A stretch of DNA of 64,000 nt from assembly GCA_048976585.1 (NCBI GenBank), contig JBHGUY010000009.1:148-64147 (forward strand), read 5' to 3'. The notes below the pieces were generated by a model. It did no database searches and was not told where the DNA came from. It saw only the letters and a list, made by a program, of their open reading frames with translations. Source of the DNA: Sporolactobacillus sp. Its GTDB lineage: Bacteria; Bacillota; Bacilli; Bacillales; Sporolactobacillaceae. A program made the position numbers and the translations under genes. Within the stretch, counting starts at the first letter, position 1. Each line of letters starts with the position of its first letter. Shown piece by piece: positions 49,410 to 59,917 of the stretch.

Positions 49410-50336
49410 CTATTTTTCATAATTTAAAAAAGGATCATTCAATACAATTTTCTGAGCCTCTGCATCACTCGTTCCCGCATACAAGGTGAAGGTGGAATGA
49501 TATCTGATTCCACCACCAGTGAAAATCACATCTTTCAGATCTGGACGTTTTGCCGGACCATTAAGGAAATTGGTACGAATGGCAATAATTTCAATGGGAG
49601 AATGAGCACCGGTTAACGGATTTAAAGTGAATGCCATTGAATAATAATGACGATCGCCGCGCGCATCAAAACAGGCGATATGACCAAGTACACCCGCTTT
49701 CCCGTTTTTTAAGGGATGAATCTCATTGGCTCCCCCCCACTCACCTAAAGCGAAATAATCTTCCAATAAGGGAGCATCTTCCAATCTTTGGCTGGACAAT
49801 TGATCGAGTCGAGAAAGAAGCAAATAACCAATTTTTCCTCTGCCGCCTTTCCCCCCTTGAGGTCTGGTCAGAATCAATATTTTACCATCTACCATTTGTC
49901 CGAGGCGCAAATCCTTCATTCCGATCGGCCCCACATAAAAAGGAAGTAAATTTTTTACCGAGCTTCCTTTATATAAGACAGTCCGCCATACCACTTTATG
50001 GTCTGGATTAATTAATACTTCAACTCCACCCAGAAGTAGCTGTCCGTCAATTTGTGTGACAAAGGGGTCCTGAAGAGGAAATACCGGCATATTCTCCATT
50101 AGATACCAGATTCCCTTTCTATTTTCAAAAAAACAGATGGTGGAATGCTCATTGCTTCTTTTTTCAACACGCCCCGCGATAATCTGTTTGGATTCATCGA
50201 TAAAAGGCACCGTCGGATTATAGATATCACATCCTTTAATCCCTTTGAAAATTAATTTTTTTACATCATAAACGATCGATTTCTCTTTTTTGTAAGCTTT
50301 CAGCAACGCCCGGCAACTCATGGCCCTTGCACTCAT
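49410..50336 (-). CDS. DUF1861 family protein (GT108/MTP-like), copy 2
   Basis: DIYNPTVPF, LQDPF, GMKDLRL, RPQGGKGGRG, EWGGANE, GHIA, KRPDL; SD GGAGG supports ATG 50336. Confidence 0.8.
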   Translation of the reverse strand: MSARAMSCRALLKAYKKEKSIVYDVKKLIFKGIKGCDIYNPTVPFIDESKQIIAGRVEKRSNEHSTICFFENRKGIWYLMENMPVFPLQDPFVTQIDGQLLLGGVEVLINPDHKVVWRTVLYKGSSVKNLLPFYVGPIGMKDLRLGQMVDGKILILTRPQGGKGGRGKIGYLLLSRLDQLSSQRLEDAPLLEDYFALGEWGGANEIHPLKNGKAGVLGHIACFDARGDRHYYSMAFTLNPLTGAHSPIEIIAIRTNFLNGPAKRPDLKDVIFTGGGIRYHSTFTLYAGTSDAEAQKIVLNDPFLNYEK

Positions 50337-50368
50337 CTCATTCTTCCTCCATAGTATCTCCAAAGATT

Positions 50369-51205
50369 TTATTTCAGCGTGAACTGCATGCCTTCCTGGA
50401 AATTCCTTGAGAAACATAGGAACAGCACGATTAATGGAATCGTTAATATGACAGATGCTGCGTACATTGGCCCCGGATAGGTTGCATAGGGCCCGAACAT
50501 CTGAGAAATCAAAACGTTCAGCGTTGTCATGTTGTCACTCTTTGCGACAATCATATCCCATAGAAGAAGTGTCCAGCGATCGGTGAAGAGGAATAAGAAA
50601 ATAACTGTGGTGATCGATTTAGACATCGGCAACATGATTCGAAAGAGAATGGTCAAATCCCCAGCGCCATCCAAACGTGCTGCCTCTATGAGTGCATCAG
50701 GAACCGCTTTGAAAAAGTTTGTATACATGAAAATCGCCCAAAGACTCAAAGCAGTCGGCAATATCATCCCGAGATACGAATTCAACAACCCTACTTTTGT
50801 AACAAGCAAGAACTGAGGAATCAAGAGAATGATTGCCGGGAAGAACATCTGGAACAAGATGGCATTATCTAACAATCTTTTGCCTTTGAAGTTCAATTTT
50901 GCCAGAGCATACGCGACCATGATCGCAAACAGAAGCATCAAGGCGACTGAAAGAGTTGAAACGAGGATTGTGTTGAAAAAAGAATGGATCCATGGTGCCG
51001 GCGCCGACGTCGTTGAGGGGTGAAGTAACCAATCCCAGGAACGTAAAGAATATTTAGTTGGAAATAATTTTTTATCCACCTGATCCCAACTTGCGAAGGA
51101 GTTAAGCACCAAGTAGACGAAGGGATAGATCATGACAAGCATCAAGAGCGTTGCCAACGTATAGCGAATGCTCAAACCGATTTTTTTCTGTTTACGACCA
51201 CCCAT
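50369..51205 (-). CDS. Carbohydrate ABC permease (MalG-type)
   Basis: EAA loop LIEAARLDGA. Confidence 0.9.
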   Translation of the reverse strand: MGGRKQKKIGLSIRYTLATLLMLVMIYPFVYLVLNSFASWDQVDKKLFPTKYSLRSWDWLLHPSTTSAPAPWIHSFFNTILVSTLSVALMLLFAIMVAYALAKLNFKGKRLLDNAILFQMFFPAIILLIPQFLLVTKVGLLNSYLGMILPTALSLWAIFMYTNFFKAVPDALIEAARLDGAGDLTILFRIMLPMSKSITTVIFLFLFTDRWTLLLWDMIVAKSDNMTTLNVLISQMFGPYATYPGPMYAASVILTIPLIVLFLCFSRNFQEGMQFTLK

Positions 51206-52067
51206 TACGTGCGCCCCACTTCTCCATCAGTTTTCTAAAAATACCGATTGAAGCAAAGGTCACGACTGCCGAAATTAATGCGACGGCGGAGGCATAACCA
51301 GATTTTAAATTAACAAACGCCTGATTGTAGATTTCCATCTGCCAAGTATTGGTTCCATAATTTGGTCCTCCGCCTGTCAGCTGATAGACTTCTGTAAAAA
51401 TACCAAAACTCGTGCCAACAGCTAGAACAAGAACCGTATAGAGTGCCGGATAGAGCATAGGGATCGTAATCCTCCAGAAACTTTTCCACCGATTTGCGCC
51501 GTCCATCGCAGCTGCCTCATAGAGTTCTTCATTGATTCCAGACAATCCGGATACAAAAATCAAAGCATAATATCCTGACATCTTCCAAGCGATCATGAAA
51601 GAAATAACAAGGAGCGCGCTGATCGGCGTGCCTAACCAATTCACATCCAAGTGGAAGGTATGGCGAAGAAAAATATTAAACGGCCCATTATACGATAGAA
51701 TACCTTTTACAATCAGTGATGAAACAACACCCGATGACAAATATGGCAGAAAGAAAGCGACCAAAAATAATCCTTTAAATCTGGGCAATCCATTGACGAG
51801 CATGGCAATCCACAGAGATAAAACAACCGCCATCGGAACAAAAATAATCAAGAACTTAAAGGTCACAAAAAATGCGGCATGGATGGCCGGACTCTCCAAG
51901 GCCTGCACAAAATTTGTCATGCCGACAAAATGAACCATCGGGGACATCATATCCCAGTTTGTAACAGAAAGCCATGCTGACCAGATCAATGGAATGAGAA
52001 AGAATATGAAGGTGTAGATCAAATAAGGGCTAGAAAATATCCAGCCCAATTTATTGTTTCGTTTCAT
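51192..52067 (-). CDS. Carbohydrate ABC permease (MalF-type)
   Basis: EAA loop LYEAAAMDGA. Confidence 0.9.
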   Translation of the reverse strand: MKRNNKLGWIFSSPYLIYTFIFFLIPLIWSAWLSVTNWDMMSPMVHFVGMTNFVQALESPAIHAAFFVTFKFLIIFVPMAVVLSLWIAMLVNGLPRFKGLFLVAFFLPYLSSGVVSSLIVKGILSYNGPFNIFLRHTFHLDVNWLGTPISALLVISFMIAWKMSGYYALIFVSGLSGINEELYEAAAMDGANRWKSFWRITIPMLYPALYTVLVLAVGTSFGIFTEVYQLTGGGPNYGTNTWQMEIYNQAFVNLKSGYASAVALISAVVTFASIGIFRKLMEKWGARNGWS

Positions 52068-53380
52068 TGCCCTAACTCTTCTTTCTCACTCTTCACTAAA
52101 TCACTCCATGCTTTGGTTGGCGACTTCTGTCCCCGAATAACCGGATTGAAGGCTTGCACGCCGATTTGCTGCATAATGTCGTTATAATTTTTATTATCCA
52201 TTGAGGGGATACCATATCCCACATTCTCTGCATATACTTTAAGCTCAGGATGCTTGTTGAAGAAAGCAGTAAATTGACTGTCTGTTGCTGCATTATCACG
52301 TGCCGGGATCAAATTGGTTGTATTCAAAAAAGTCAGATCATTTTTTGAATGACTAAAAACAAAATTTAAAAACTGAACGGCTGCTTTTTGTTGTTCCTTG
52401 GTTGCTGTTGAATAAATGACGATCCCTTTTGAATCTGCATACGTATAAGGATGAACCCCATTTTTCATACTATCTGGAACAGGCGGCGGCGCGAGTGTAT
52501 AAGTCTTTCCATATTTCAACTTTGGATATTTCTCAGCCCAGTTCGGAAATGACCATGGACCATTATCGACCATCAGACCCGTTCCCGTCTCAAATGGATC
52601 AGTCGCTTGCTTGGTCAACAGGCCGTTTTCCTTTCTTAGCTGATCCATGAATGTCAGTACTTCTTTGCCAGCTTTATCGTTGGCTACAAATTTTGTACCG
52701 GATACGTAATCATTCCCTTTTGATGCTGCATTATAAAGAAGGAAAAAATCAAACCATCTTTGCCATGACGTCGGATCAACGAGAGCTGGCTTTGCCCAAA
52801 CGTATTTATCAGGATATTTCTCTTTGAGTTTTTTCCCTACTTTAAGAACATCACGATATGTTTTAGGTGGCGTTGAATATCCCAGCTTCTTCAGTGTGTC
52901 CAACCGCCAAGCAAACAGAATCGGATTGGAATAAACAGGGAAAACATATTGATTTCCATCTGAGAAGGTCCACCCCTTAATCGTTTTATTCATATTCCGT
53001 GATTTTACGAGATCAGATATTCCTGCTAATTTGTTAAGTGGTTGAATGGCTTTACTGTCTGCCAGCTGCGCCCCAAAGCTTCGTGTAATATTTTCCGACA
53101 TGGTTGGGACTGTCTTTGAGGCAACTGCGGACTGAATAGTCGCTTCTGAAGATGGACTTTCTTTCATTTGTGTCACATTAACTGTGACCTTAGGATGCTT
53201 TGCTTCATAAGCACTGGCCATCTGCTTCCAGAACTTTGTTTGCGGCGGATTCGGCGCCGACCAAAAGGTAATCGTCGTTTTTCCGTTGCTTCCCGAACCT
53301 GTTGAAGATCCACAACCTGCCAATAGACTTGCGCCGAGAAGGAATGCCGATAAGACTACCGTGATCCTTTTTAAAGACAT
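52064..53380 (-). CDS. Carbohydrate ABC substrate-binding lipoprotein
   Basis: Lipobox LLAGC; family-1 SBP pattern. Confidence 0.9.
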   Translation of the reverse strand: MSLKRITVVLSAFLLGASLLAGCGSSTGSGSNGKTTITFWSAPNPPQTKFWKQMASAYEAKHPKVTVNVTQMKESPSSEATIQSAVASKTVPTMSENITRSFGAQLADSKAIQPLNKLAGISDLVKSRNMNKTIKGWTFSDGNQYVFPVYSNPILFAWRLDTLKKLGYSTPPKTYRDVLKVGKKLKEKYPDKYVWAKPALVDPTSWQRWFDFFLLYNAASKGNDYVSGTKFVANDKAGKEVLTFMDQLRKENGLLTKQATDPFETGTGLMVDNGPWSFPNWAEKYPKLKYGKTYTLAPPPVPDSMKNGVHPYTYADSKGIVIYSTATKEQQKAAVQFLNFVFSHSKNDLTFLNTTNLIPARDNAATDSQFTAFFNKHPELKVYAENVGYGIPSMDNKNYNDIMQQIGVQAFNPVIRGQKSPTKAWSDLVKSEKEELGQ

Positions 53381-53426
53381 AAACTCTACCTCCTTTTTTC
53401 TGATGCAGAGAATAGTAATATCGTAA

Positions 53427-53608
53427 TTGAAAGCGCTTACTACAATTACAATATGGCACTGTCTATTTATTATGTCAATTTATTTCTAACATTACTTTTA
53501 TGATTACAAAAATATTAGTGAAATAAATTAGTATATATGCTGATTTCCCTTTTTAATAACAATTATATTCTTATTTTGTAATTGCATTACTTATGGAAAG
53601 CGATTACA
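53427..53608. promoter_or_regulatory. Two cre/LacI-type operators in the divergent SBP-LacI intergenic region
   Basis: TTGAAAGCGCTTAC at 53427-53440 and TGGAAAGCGATTACA at 53594-53608. Confidence 0.65.
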
Positions 53609-53681
53609 TTATCTGTTATACTTTTATAAAGTACAAATCGTACAAAAAGCTACCGGATAGGTGAACGAATGGAGATTCCCT

Positions 53682-54743
53682 ATGAAAAAAATAACCATGC
53701 AAGATATTGCCGACCAACTCAATCTTTCCAAAAATTCCGTGTCGCAGGCATTAGGTGATAAAAACGGAGTCAGTCAGCATACAAAAACACTGGTCCGAGA
53801 GAAAGCGATCGAACTTGGTTATCATTATAAAAAGAAAGCAAGTCTCGCAGATCTATCATCCACTGAATATTCATACTACGCTCTTTTTGCCACAGAATTT
53901 GCTTTATCTCAGATAAGCTTCTTTGGGGAAATCCAGCATTATATTGAAAAAGAACTCAATAAAAAGAGGCGTGAGCTGGTTACATTCAGCATTTCTCCAG
54001 AATTAGTGGCTGCTCAGAAACTGCCAAGCAACTTCGCTGCCAAAGATTTTAAAGGACTTTTTATTCTGTCTCACATCAAACAGGAGTATACTTCACACTT
54101 ATTGCACCTCAACCTTCCCTGTGTTCTGATTGATCACCACGATCCCCACTTAAATGTAGATTGCGTGATTAGTCAAAATAAGTCTGGTGCTTACACCGCA
54201 ATGGAGTATCTGATAAAATTGGGGCATCGGCATATCGGTTTCTTAGGCAATATTAATTGGTCACCCAGCTATGAGGAACGATGGGAGGGCTATTCGAAAG
54301 CAATCCGCGATTATAAACTGAATGACGATAAAGAATGTGCGATTACTGATGTTCTTGAGGAACGCTCAACACTTTTCAAGCAGCTTGATGCGCTCTCAAA
54401 CAAATTAATAAACTGGCCAACTGCATGGCTTTGTGTAAATTCTGGCCTTGGTTTCATCCTCATCTCCTATTTTCAATCAAAAGGCTATCGAGTGCCTGAT
54501 GATATTTCCGTTTGCTGTTTCGATAATACAGAAATGACTCTTCTATCTCATCCACAGATTACAACCATGGCCATTAATATGGCTCAAATGGGGAAAAAAT
54601 CAGTTGAACTTCTGAACTGGCGCACTCATCATCCTGAGGAACCCCATGTTAATTTATCTCTATCAACGCATCTCATTGAAAGAGACTCCACCTCCCCTTT
54701 ATCTGTGGCAAAACCCAGAGAGGGAAAAAAACAAACCCCATAA
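53682..54743 (+). CDS. LacI family transcriptional regulator
   Basis: ITMQDIADQLNLSKNSVSQAL HTH; PDDISVCCFDN. Confidence 0.9.
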   Translation: MKKITMQDIADQLNLSKNSVSQALGDKNGVSQHTKTLVREKAIELGYHYKKKASLADLSSTEYSYYALFATEFALSQISFFGEIQHYIEKELNKKRRELVTFSISPELVAAQKLPSNFAAKDFKGLFILSHIKQEYTSHLLHLNLPCVLIDHHDPHLNVDCVISQNKSGAYTAMEYLIKLGHRHIGFLGNINWSPSYEERWEGYSKAIRDYKLNDDKECAITDVLEERSTLFKQLDALSNKLINWPTAWLCVNSGLGFILISYFQSKGYRVPDDISVCCFDNTEMTLLSHPQITTMAINMAQMGKKSVELLNWRTHHPEEPHVNLSLSTHLIERDSTSPLSVAKPREGKKQTP

Positions 54744-54752
54744 GGAGTTCAT

Positions 54753-55280
54753 CTACATGAAATGATCGCAGCTATCTTCCTCTGCGGCTGTTTTGAGCAT
54801 TTTCCATATTTCAAATTTCTGATCATAGCTTTTAACGTTACGACCGGGCATCGGGCTGGATGAGGGAAGCAGGATCATTGGCAAATCGTTCATTTGGCCC
54901 GTCCTTTTTCTAAAAACATCCTGTGCTTTTCTTCCGTTGAAGGCGATCAGACGAACATTTGGATATCTCTGTAGAAGCTGCGGAATAGCATTGACGGCTT
55001 CATCATGAATAGCGGAATCAAGACTGCCTTCCCTCCTGCAAAAATGGATCACATCCCAAAGCGCCAGATGGTGTTTCAGGAGAAAGGCCGTTTTTTTCGT
55101 ATAATCTGCCTCTAAAGGCTCATCGAATATCTGGAAAAGCAGCCGCCAAAAATGATTGCGCGGATTGCCATAATACTGCTGCTTTGCAAGTGAGATACGG
55201 CTCGGCATCGAACCCAGAATCAGCACCCGCGATTCCGAATCAATGATCGGTGCCAGCGAAAAGATGAATGTTTCGTCCAA
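54753..55280 (-). CDS. Uracil-DNA glycosylase superfamily, DNA-deoxyinosine glycosylase-like
   Basis: ILGSMPS, YYGNPRNHFW, LWDVI, LPSSSP. Confidence 0.85.
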   Translation of the reverse strand: MDETFIFSLAPIIDSESRVLILGSMPSRISLAKQQYYGNPRNHFWRLLFQIFDEPLEADYTKKTAFLLKHHLALWDVIHFCRREGSLDSAIHDEAVNAIPQLLQRYPNVRLIAFNGRKAQDVFRKRTGQMNDLPMILLPSSSPMPGRNVKSYDQKFEIWKMLKTAAEEDSCDHFM

Positions 55281-55352
55281 ATGGCATCCCTCTTCCAGAG
55301 ATTTCTTTATGTAAAATTCTACACCATTTCTCAGGATTACTTAATTCCATTG

Positions 55353-55398
55353 AAAAAAGAGGCTTCATGATCAAAAACACTGATCATGAAGCCTCTTT
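55353..55398 (-). terminator. Long-stem terminator after the DoxX gene
   Basis: 18-bp perfect inverted repeat, 55356-55373 and 55381-55398. Confidence 0.8.
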
Positions 55399-55412
55399 CA
55401 TTTGACTATTTT

Positions 55413-55937
55413 TCAGGACTTGATGAGTACATCACTCTTCGACTTTCCGAACCAGCCGCGAAACGTCTGACGGAGCCATGGAATGATCCAATAGTCACCG
55501 CCCCATTTCCCAGCGTTAAATCCGGCAAAAAGGATGATTCCGCCAATCAAAAGATACAAAGGATTGCTGGAAACCGTACCGGCGAACAGATACATATAGT
55601 TCATTAGTAAGGCGAAAAATACAGCTGCCGTCGTCAGAGTGCCTAAAATTAAGCCAATACCAACAAGAAGCTCGCCCCATTTTACTAAAAAGCTGAAGAA
55701 TCCGGAGCCGGGAAGTGCAATGTGCTGAATAAAAGCATTATACGGACCGTAAAGGACTTTTCCGGTTGGCCCCGTCACCGGATGTGCCACTGTTCCCTTC
55801 ATAAATCCACTTGCATCGAACGGTTTGGCACCGAATACTTTTTCAAATCCATCCTGTACCCACTGCCATCCGAGCCAAAGCCGTAAAACTAAAAGAATGA
55901 ATGATGACGTTTTGCTTGTTCGTAACCAATGTACCAT
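55413..55937 (-). CDS. DoxX family membrane protein
   Basis: LRLWLGWQW, WGELLVGIGLILG, AGTVSSNP. Confidence 0.8.
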   Translation of the reverse strand: MVHWLRTSKTSSFILLVLRLWLGWQWVQDGFEKVFGAKPFDASGFMKGTVAHPVTGPTGKVLYGPYNAFIQHIALPGSGFFSFLVKWGELLVGIGLILGTLTTAAVFFALLMNYMYLFAGTVSSNPLYLLIGGIILFAGFNAGKWGGDYWIIPWLRQTFRGWFGKSKSDVLIKS

Positions 55938-56077
55938 GATATTTCCTCCTCAAAAGCATATATGAAAGCGATTTCCTATTAAAAGTATAGTTCATAAACT
56001 TAAATAAATCCATTACCTTTTTTTACAGTTATATGACTCTTTGTTCTCTCATGTCTCTTCTATAGAAGTCAAATGCT

Positions 56078-56425
56078 TTACAAACTTTTTTTATACTCTT
56101 TTTTAAATTTCTTGATGACATTTCTTGATTGATTTAATCCCATAGTCATTCTATACGGTTTACTGAGTAAACGAAAGGGCAGCATCACGAAAAACAGGCC
56201 GGGATTATTTTCTAGTTCCTCAACTAGCCGCTTAGGCTTTGAATAGATTCTTTGATACGTTTCGTGATAAAACGCATTGTTAATATCTAGTTTCGTATCT
56301 AAAGATTTATGACAATATTCGCATTCAATAAATGCCACCTGATCATTAATATAAACAATTTTATGCAGTGTATTTTTATTACAATTGAGGCAAAATAATT
56401 GAACTTTTCTTTCAATCGCTCTCAT
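56078..56425 (-). CDS. Conserved hypothetical Zn-ribbon protein (CxxC...CxxC)
   Basis: FCLNC...ECEYC and SKPxRL repeats; ATG 56425. Confidence 0.65.
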   Translation of the reverse strand: MRAIERKVQLFCLNCNKNTLHKIVYINDQVAFIECEYCHKSLDTKLDINNAFYHETYQRIYSKPKRLVEELENNPGLFFVMLPFRLLSKPYRMTMGLNQSRNVIKKFKKEYKKSL

Positions 56426-56544
56426 CTCGATGATCCCCCGATCTCTAAATTTCTTTTCCTGATTCAAAACACTCCTCCAAACATACACTCAGCATCATCC
56501 ATTGAGCTTTTTACGGCCCATAGAACAGGAAGCAGATTTTAGCG

Positions 56545-56574
56545 AAAAGGCGGGAGGAAATAAATCCTCTCGCC
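56545..56574 (-). terminator. Terminator after rpiB
   Basis: GGCGGGAGGA/TCCTCTCGCC stem with an adjacent A-tract. Confidence 0.6.
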
Positions 56575-56631
56575 GATCCTTTGGAAACCCGCCATCTAAT
56601 AATTTTACAAGCTTTGTTTTTTCATGATTAC

Positions 56632-57090
56632 TTATACTCCAGCTTTCAACTGACCGTCTTCAATTTTAGAGATCTGTTTTACCCGTCTCAGGTGCTTGCC
56701 ACCCAGAAATTCAGCATCCAGCCAAGCGTCGACAATCATTTTTGCCAACTCACTGCCAACGACTCGAGAGCCAAAGGCGAGAATATTGGCATTATTATGT
56801 TCGCGTCCCATTTTAGCAGAATAGGGTTCGCTGCAATTCACCGTGCGGATTCCTCTGACCTTATTGGCGGATATTGAGATACCGACTCCTGTTCCACATA
56901 TCAGAATTCCTAGGTCCGCCTTCTGTTGTATGATATCATCCGCTACTCTTTTAGCATATATTGGATAATCTGTGCTCTCATTTGAAAACGTCCCCTCGTC
57001 AAGAACATCCATGTGTTTTTCTTTCAAATGATCAATGATTGCGGGTTTCAGCTCAAATCCTGCATGATCGCATCCAATAGCGATCTTCAT
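56632..57090 (-). CDS. rpiB: Ribose-5-phosphate isomerase B
   Basis: [24 protein letters not shown]. Confidence 0.93.
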   Translation of the reverse strand: MKIAIGCDHAGFELKPAIIDHLKEKHMDVLDEGTFSNESTDYPIYAKRVADDIIQQKADLGILICGTGVGISISANKVRGIRTVNCSEPYSAKMGREHNNANILAFGSRVVGSELAKMIVDAWLDAEFLGGKHLRRVKQISKIEDGQLKAGV

Positions 57091-59120
57091 AATGATCGAC
57101 CTACCGAATTTTCCATTGTTTGATTGCGGTCGACCAAAGTTTTGGTTAATTCGGCGATGTGCTCCGGAGTGAACCCAAACTCTTTAAGCAAGCGCGCGCC
57201 AGGAGCAGAAGCACCAAAGCGATCGATTGTTAATGTTATACCCTTTTCTCCAATGTATTGCTGCCATCCAAAAGAAGAACCCATTTCGATACCGACTCTA
57301 TTAACCACCTTTGCAGGTAAAATAGATTTTTGATAGCTTGCAGACTGACTGTTAAACAATTTCCAAGAGGGGAGGCTGACTACGCGCGTATCAATCCCCT
57401 CTTTTTCCAGCAATACCTTGGCTTTAACAGCTAGACTCACTTCAGATCCCGTTGCAATTAATAGGGCCTGAATGGCATCTTTTTCTTTTGAAACAATATA
57501 GGCGCCTCTTCTGACTCCTTCATCTGCCTCGTTTCTTTCACCGGAAAATGTCTCAACATTCTGCCGCGTAAGTACAATGACGCTTGGACTGGATTTGCTT
57601 TCCAACGCAATCTTCCATGCCTCACGTGTTTCATTTCCATCTGCGGGTCTGAGAAGATTAAGATTCGGGATTGCACGTAAACCGGCAAGTTGCTCAATGG
57701 GTTCATGAGTCGGCCCATCCTCACCAACGGCGATGCTATCATGGGTAAAAACAAAAATGGACGGTATTTTCATTAAAGCAGCCAGACGGATTGCCGGTTT
57801 CGCATAATCTGAAAAGGTGAAGAAAGTGGAACCAAATGCAATGAGTCCGCCATGCAAGGTTAATCCATTAACTATCGCTGTCATCGCAAATTCTCTGACC
57901 CCGAACCAGATATTTTTCCCTTCATAGTGATCGGGAAGAAAGTCTCCACCATTTTTTATACTTGTCTTTGTCGAGGAAGCCAAATCGGCTGAACCTCCGA
58001 ATAGCTGCGGAATTCTCTCTGCTGCTGCATTAATGACTTCACCAGAAGCGACTCGGGTTGCTTTATTCGTTCCTTCATCGTAAACGGGCAGATGGTCTGA
58101 ATAGTTTTTAGGCAACTCCCCTGAAATGGCTTCCCTAAGCGATTGGGCAAGTTCAGGATAATGTGCCTCATAGCGCGCAAATTTCTCGTTCCATTCTGTC
58201 TCCTGTTTTTCCCCGTTTTCCGCTAAGTGCTTAAAATACTTGCTAACTTCCTCTGGTACAAAAAAGGGTGCGTGATCCCATCCATAAGCAGCCTTCGTTT
58301 CTTTGGCCTCTTCCTCACCGAGCGGATTCCCATGGACTTTATGGGTCCCCTGAACATGCGGCGCTCCGTAACCAATGAGGGTACGAATCTCTATCAATGT
58401 CGGTCGATCTTTGTCCTGTTTAGCCTCCTTCAATGCAGTTATAATTTTCTCCACACAATTACCATCTTCGACAAATAACGTCTGCCAGCCATAGGCTTCA
58501 AACCGTTGCCGCACATCCTCAGAAAAGGAAAAATCAAGCTTTCCATCTAATGAAATTTTATTGGAATCATAGAGCATAATCAGTTTGCCTAGTCCAAGAT
58601 GTCCAGCAAGCGATACAGCCTCGCTGGTCACCCCTTCCATTAGATCACCATCCCCGCAGAGAGCATAAGTATAATGATCAACGACATCAAAGTTTTCACG
58701 ATTATAGATGGCTCCTAAATGAGCTTCCGCCATAGCCATTCCGACAGCCATGGCTACACCCTGGCCTAGCGGTCCTGTTGTCGCTTCAACTCCTAACGTA
58801 TGACCGAATTCTGGATGTCCGGGAGTCAAGCTTTCCCATTGCCGAAAATGTTTCAAATCGTCAAGAGTCAATCCATAATTATAGAGATAGAGTAAACTAT
58901 AGAGCAGCATCGACCCATGACCTGCAGAGAGGACGAAGCGATCCCGATTGAACCATTTAGGATTATACGGATCATGATTCATGATCTTCGTCCACAAAGT
59001 ATAGGCCATTGGCGCTGCACCCATCGGAAGCCCCGGGTGTCCGGACTTTGCTTTTTCAATCGCATCAATAGATAGAGTACGAATGGTGTCAATAGATAGC
59101 TGATCAAGCTTTGTTGTCAT
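57087..59120 (-). CDS. tkt: Transketolase
   Basis: [36 protein letters not shown]. Confidence 0.96.
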   Translation of the reverse strand: MTTKLDQLSIDTIRTLSIDAIEKAKSGHPGLPMGAAPMAYTLWTKIMNHDPYNPKWFNRDRFVLSAGHGSMLLYSLLYLYNYGLTLDDLKHFRQWESLTPGHPEFGHTLGVEATTGPLGQGVAMAVGMAMAEAHLGAIYNRENFDVVDHYTYALCGDGDLMEGVTSEAVSLAGHLGLGKLIMLYDSNKISLDGKLDFSFSEDVRQRFEAYGWQTLFVEDGNCVEKIITALKEAKQDKDRPTLIEIRTLIGYGAPHVQGTHKVHGNPLGEEEAKETKAAYGWDHAPFFVPEEVSKYFKHLAENGEKQETEWNEKFARYEAHYPELAQSLREAISGELPKNYSDHLPVYDEGTNKATRVASGEVINAAAERIPQLFGGSADLASSTKTSIKNGGDFLPDHYEGKNIWFGVREFAMTAIVNGLTLHGGLIAFGSTFFTFSDYAKPAIRLAALMKIPSIFVFTHDSIAVGEDGPTHEPIEQLAGLRAIPNLNLLRPADGNETREAWKIALESKSSPSVIVLTRQNVETFSGERNEADEGVRRGAYIVSKEKDAIQALLIATGSEVSLAVKAKVLLEKEGIDTRVVSLPSWKLFNSQSASYQKSILPAKVVNRVGIEMGSSFGWQQYIGEKGITLTIDRFGASAPGARLLKEFGFTPEHIAELTKTLVDRNQTMENSVGRSL

Positions 59121-59143
59121 TTATAGTCACTCCATTTATATTT

Positions 59144-59854
59144 TCAGAGGATAGAATAACCCAATGTTTGAATATCTCTGCTAAAACCTCTGACTGTGTC
59201 AAGAGAAACTTCTTCCAGAGTCTTGCCAACGTTCTTAAGCTTTTCAATGATTGCTGGTGTACAAGTAATGATGTCGACGCCAAGCCGATCCGCCTCATAG
59301 ACATTAAATAACTCACGAGAACTTGCCCATAATAATTGAGCAGAATTATTCCTGTGGCAGAGTTCGACCGATTTTCTCATATAGGGAATGGGGTCCCGCC
59401 CTGTATCAGCAATTCGGCCTGCAAAAACGGATACAATACTGTCAATTTCCGGATTCAGTGCAGCGACTGTTTCCTCCACCTGTTCGGTCGTCAGTATTGC
59501 CGTTACATTCAGCGATATTGCTTGATTGGAAAGCTTCTTGATTAAGGGAATGGAAGATTCGCCTTTCGTATTTGTAATCGGAATTTTAACATACACATTG
59601 TCGCCAAAGGCATGTATTTTAAGCGCTTCCTTTTCCATCGTTTCAAAATCATCGCCGAAGACCTCAAATGAGATCGGCAAATCTGGAATCCTTTGAAGAA
59701 CATCTTGCGCAAAGGCAAGGTAATTTGTGACACCCGCTTTTTTCATCAGGCTTGGATTTGTTGTGAATCCTTTTACAAAACCAGCTTGGTAGGCTGCCAT
59801 CATATCATTGATATCTGCACCATCAGCATAAATTTTCACATTCCATTCACTCAT
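59144..59854 (-). CDS. tal: Transaldolase (short family)
   Basis: GFTTNPSL, VYVKIP, LNVTAI, SVFAGR, WASSRE; ATG 59854. Confidence 0.88.
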   Translation of the reverse strand: MSEWNVKIYADGADINDMMAAYQAGFVKGFTTNPSLMKKAGVTNYLAFAQDVLQRIPDLPISFEVFGDDFETMEKEALKIHAFGDNVYVKIPITNTKGESSIPLIKKLSNQAISLNVTAILTTEQVEETVAALNPEIDSIVSVFAGRIADTGRDPIPYMRKSVELCHRNNSAQLLWASSRELFNVYEADRLGVDIITCTPAIIEKLKNVGKTLEEVSLDTVRGFSRDIQTLGYSIL

Positions 59855-59883
59855 GAAATTCCCTCCAATGATAAAGTGAAGTG

Positions 59884-59912
59884 AAGTGGAGAAAGAAGCC
59901 CTTTCTCCACTT
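59884..59912. other. Intra-operon 12-bp hairpin between the dehydrogenase and transaldolase genes
   Basis: AAGTGGAGAAAG-N5-CTTTCTCCACTT with no clean U-tract. Confidence 0.7.
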
Positions 59913-59917
59913 GTCAT

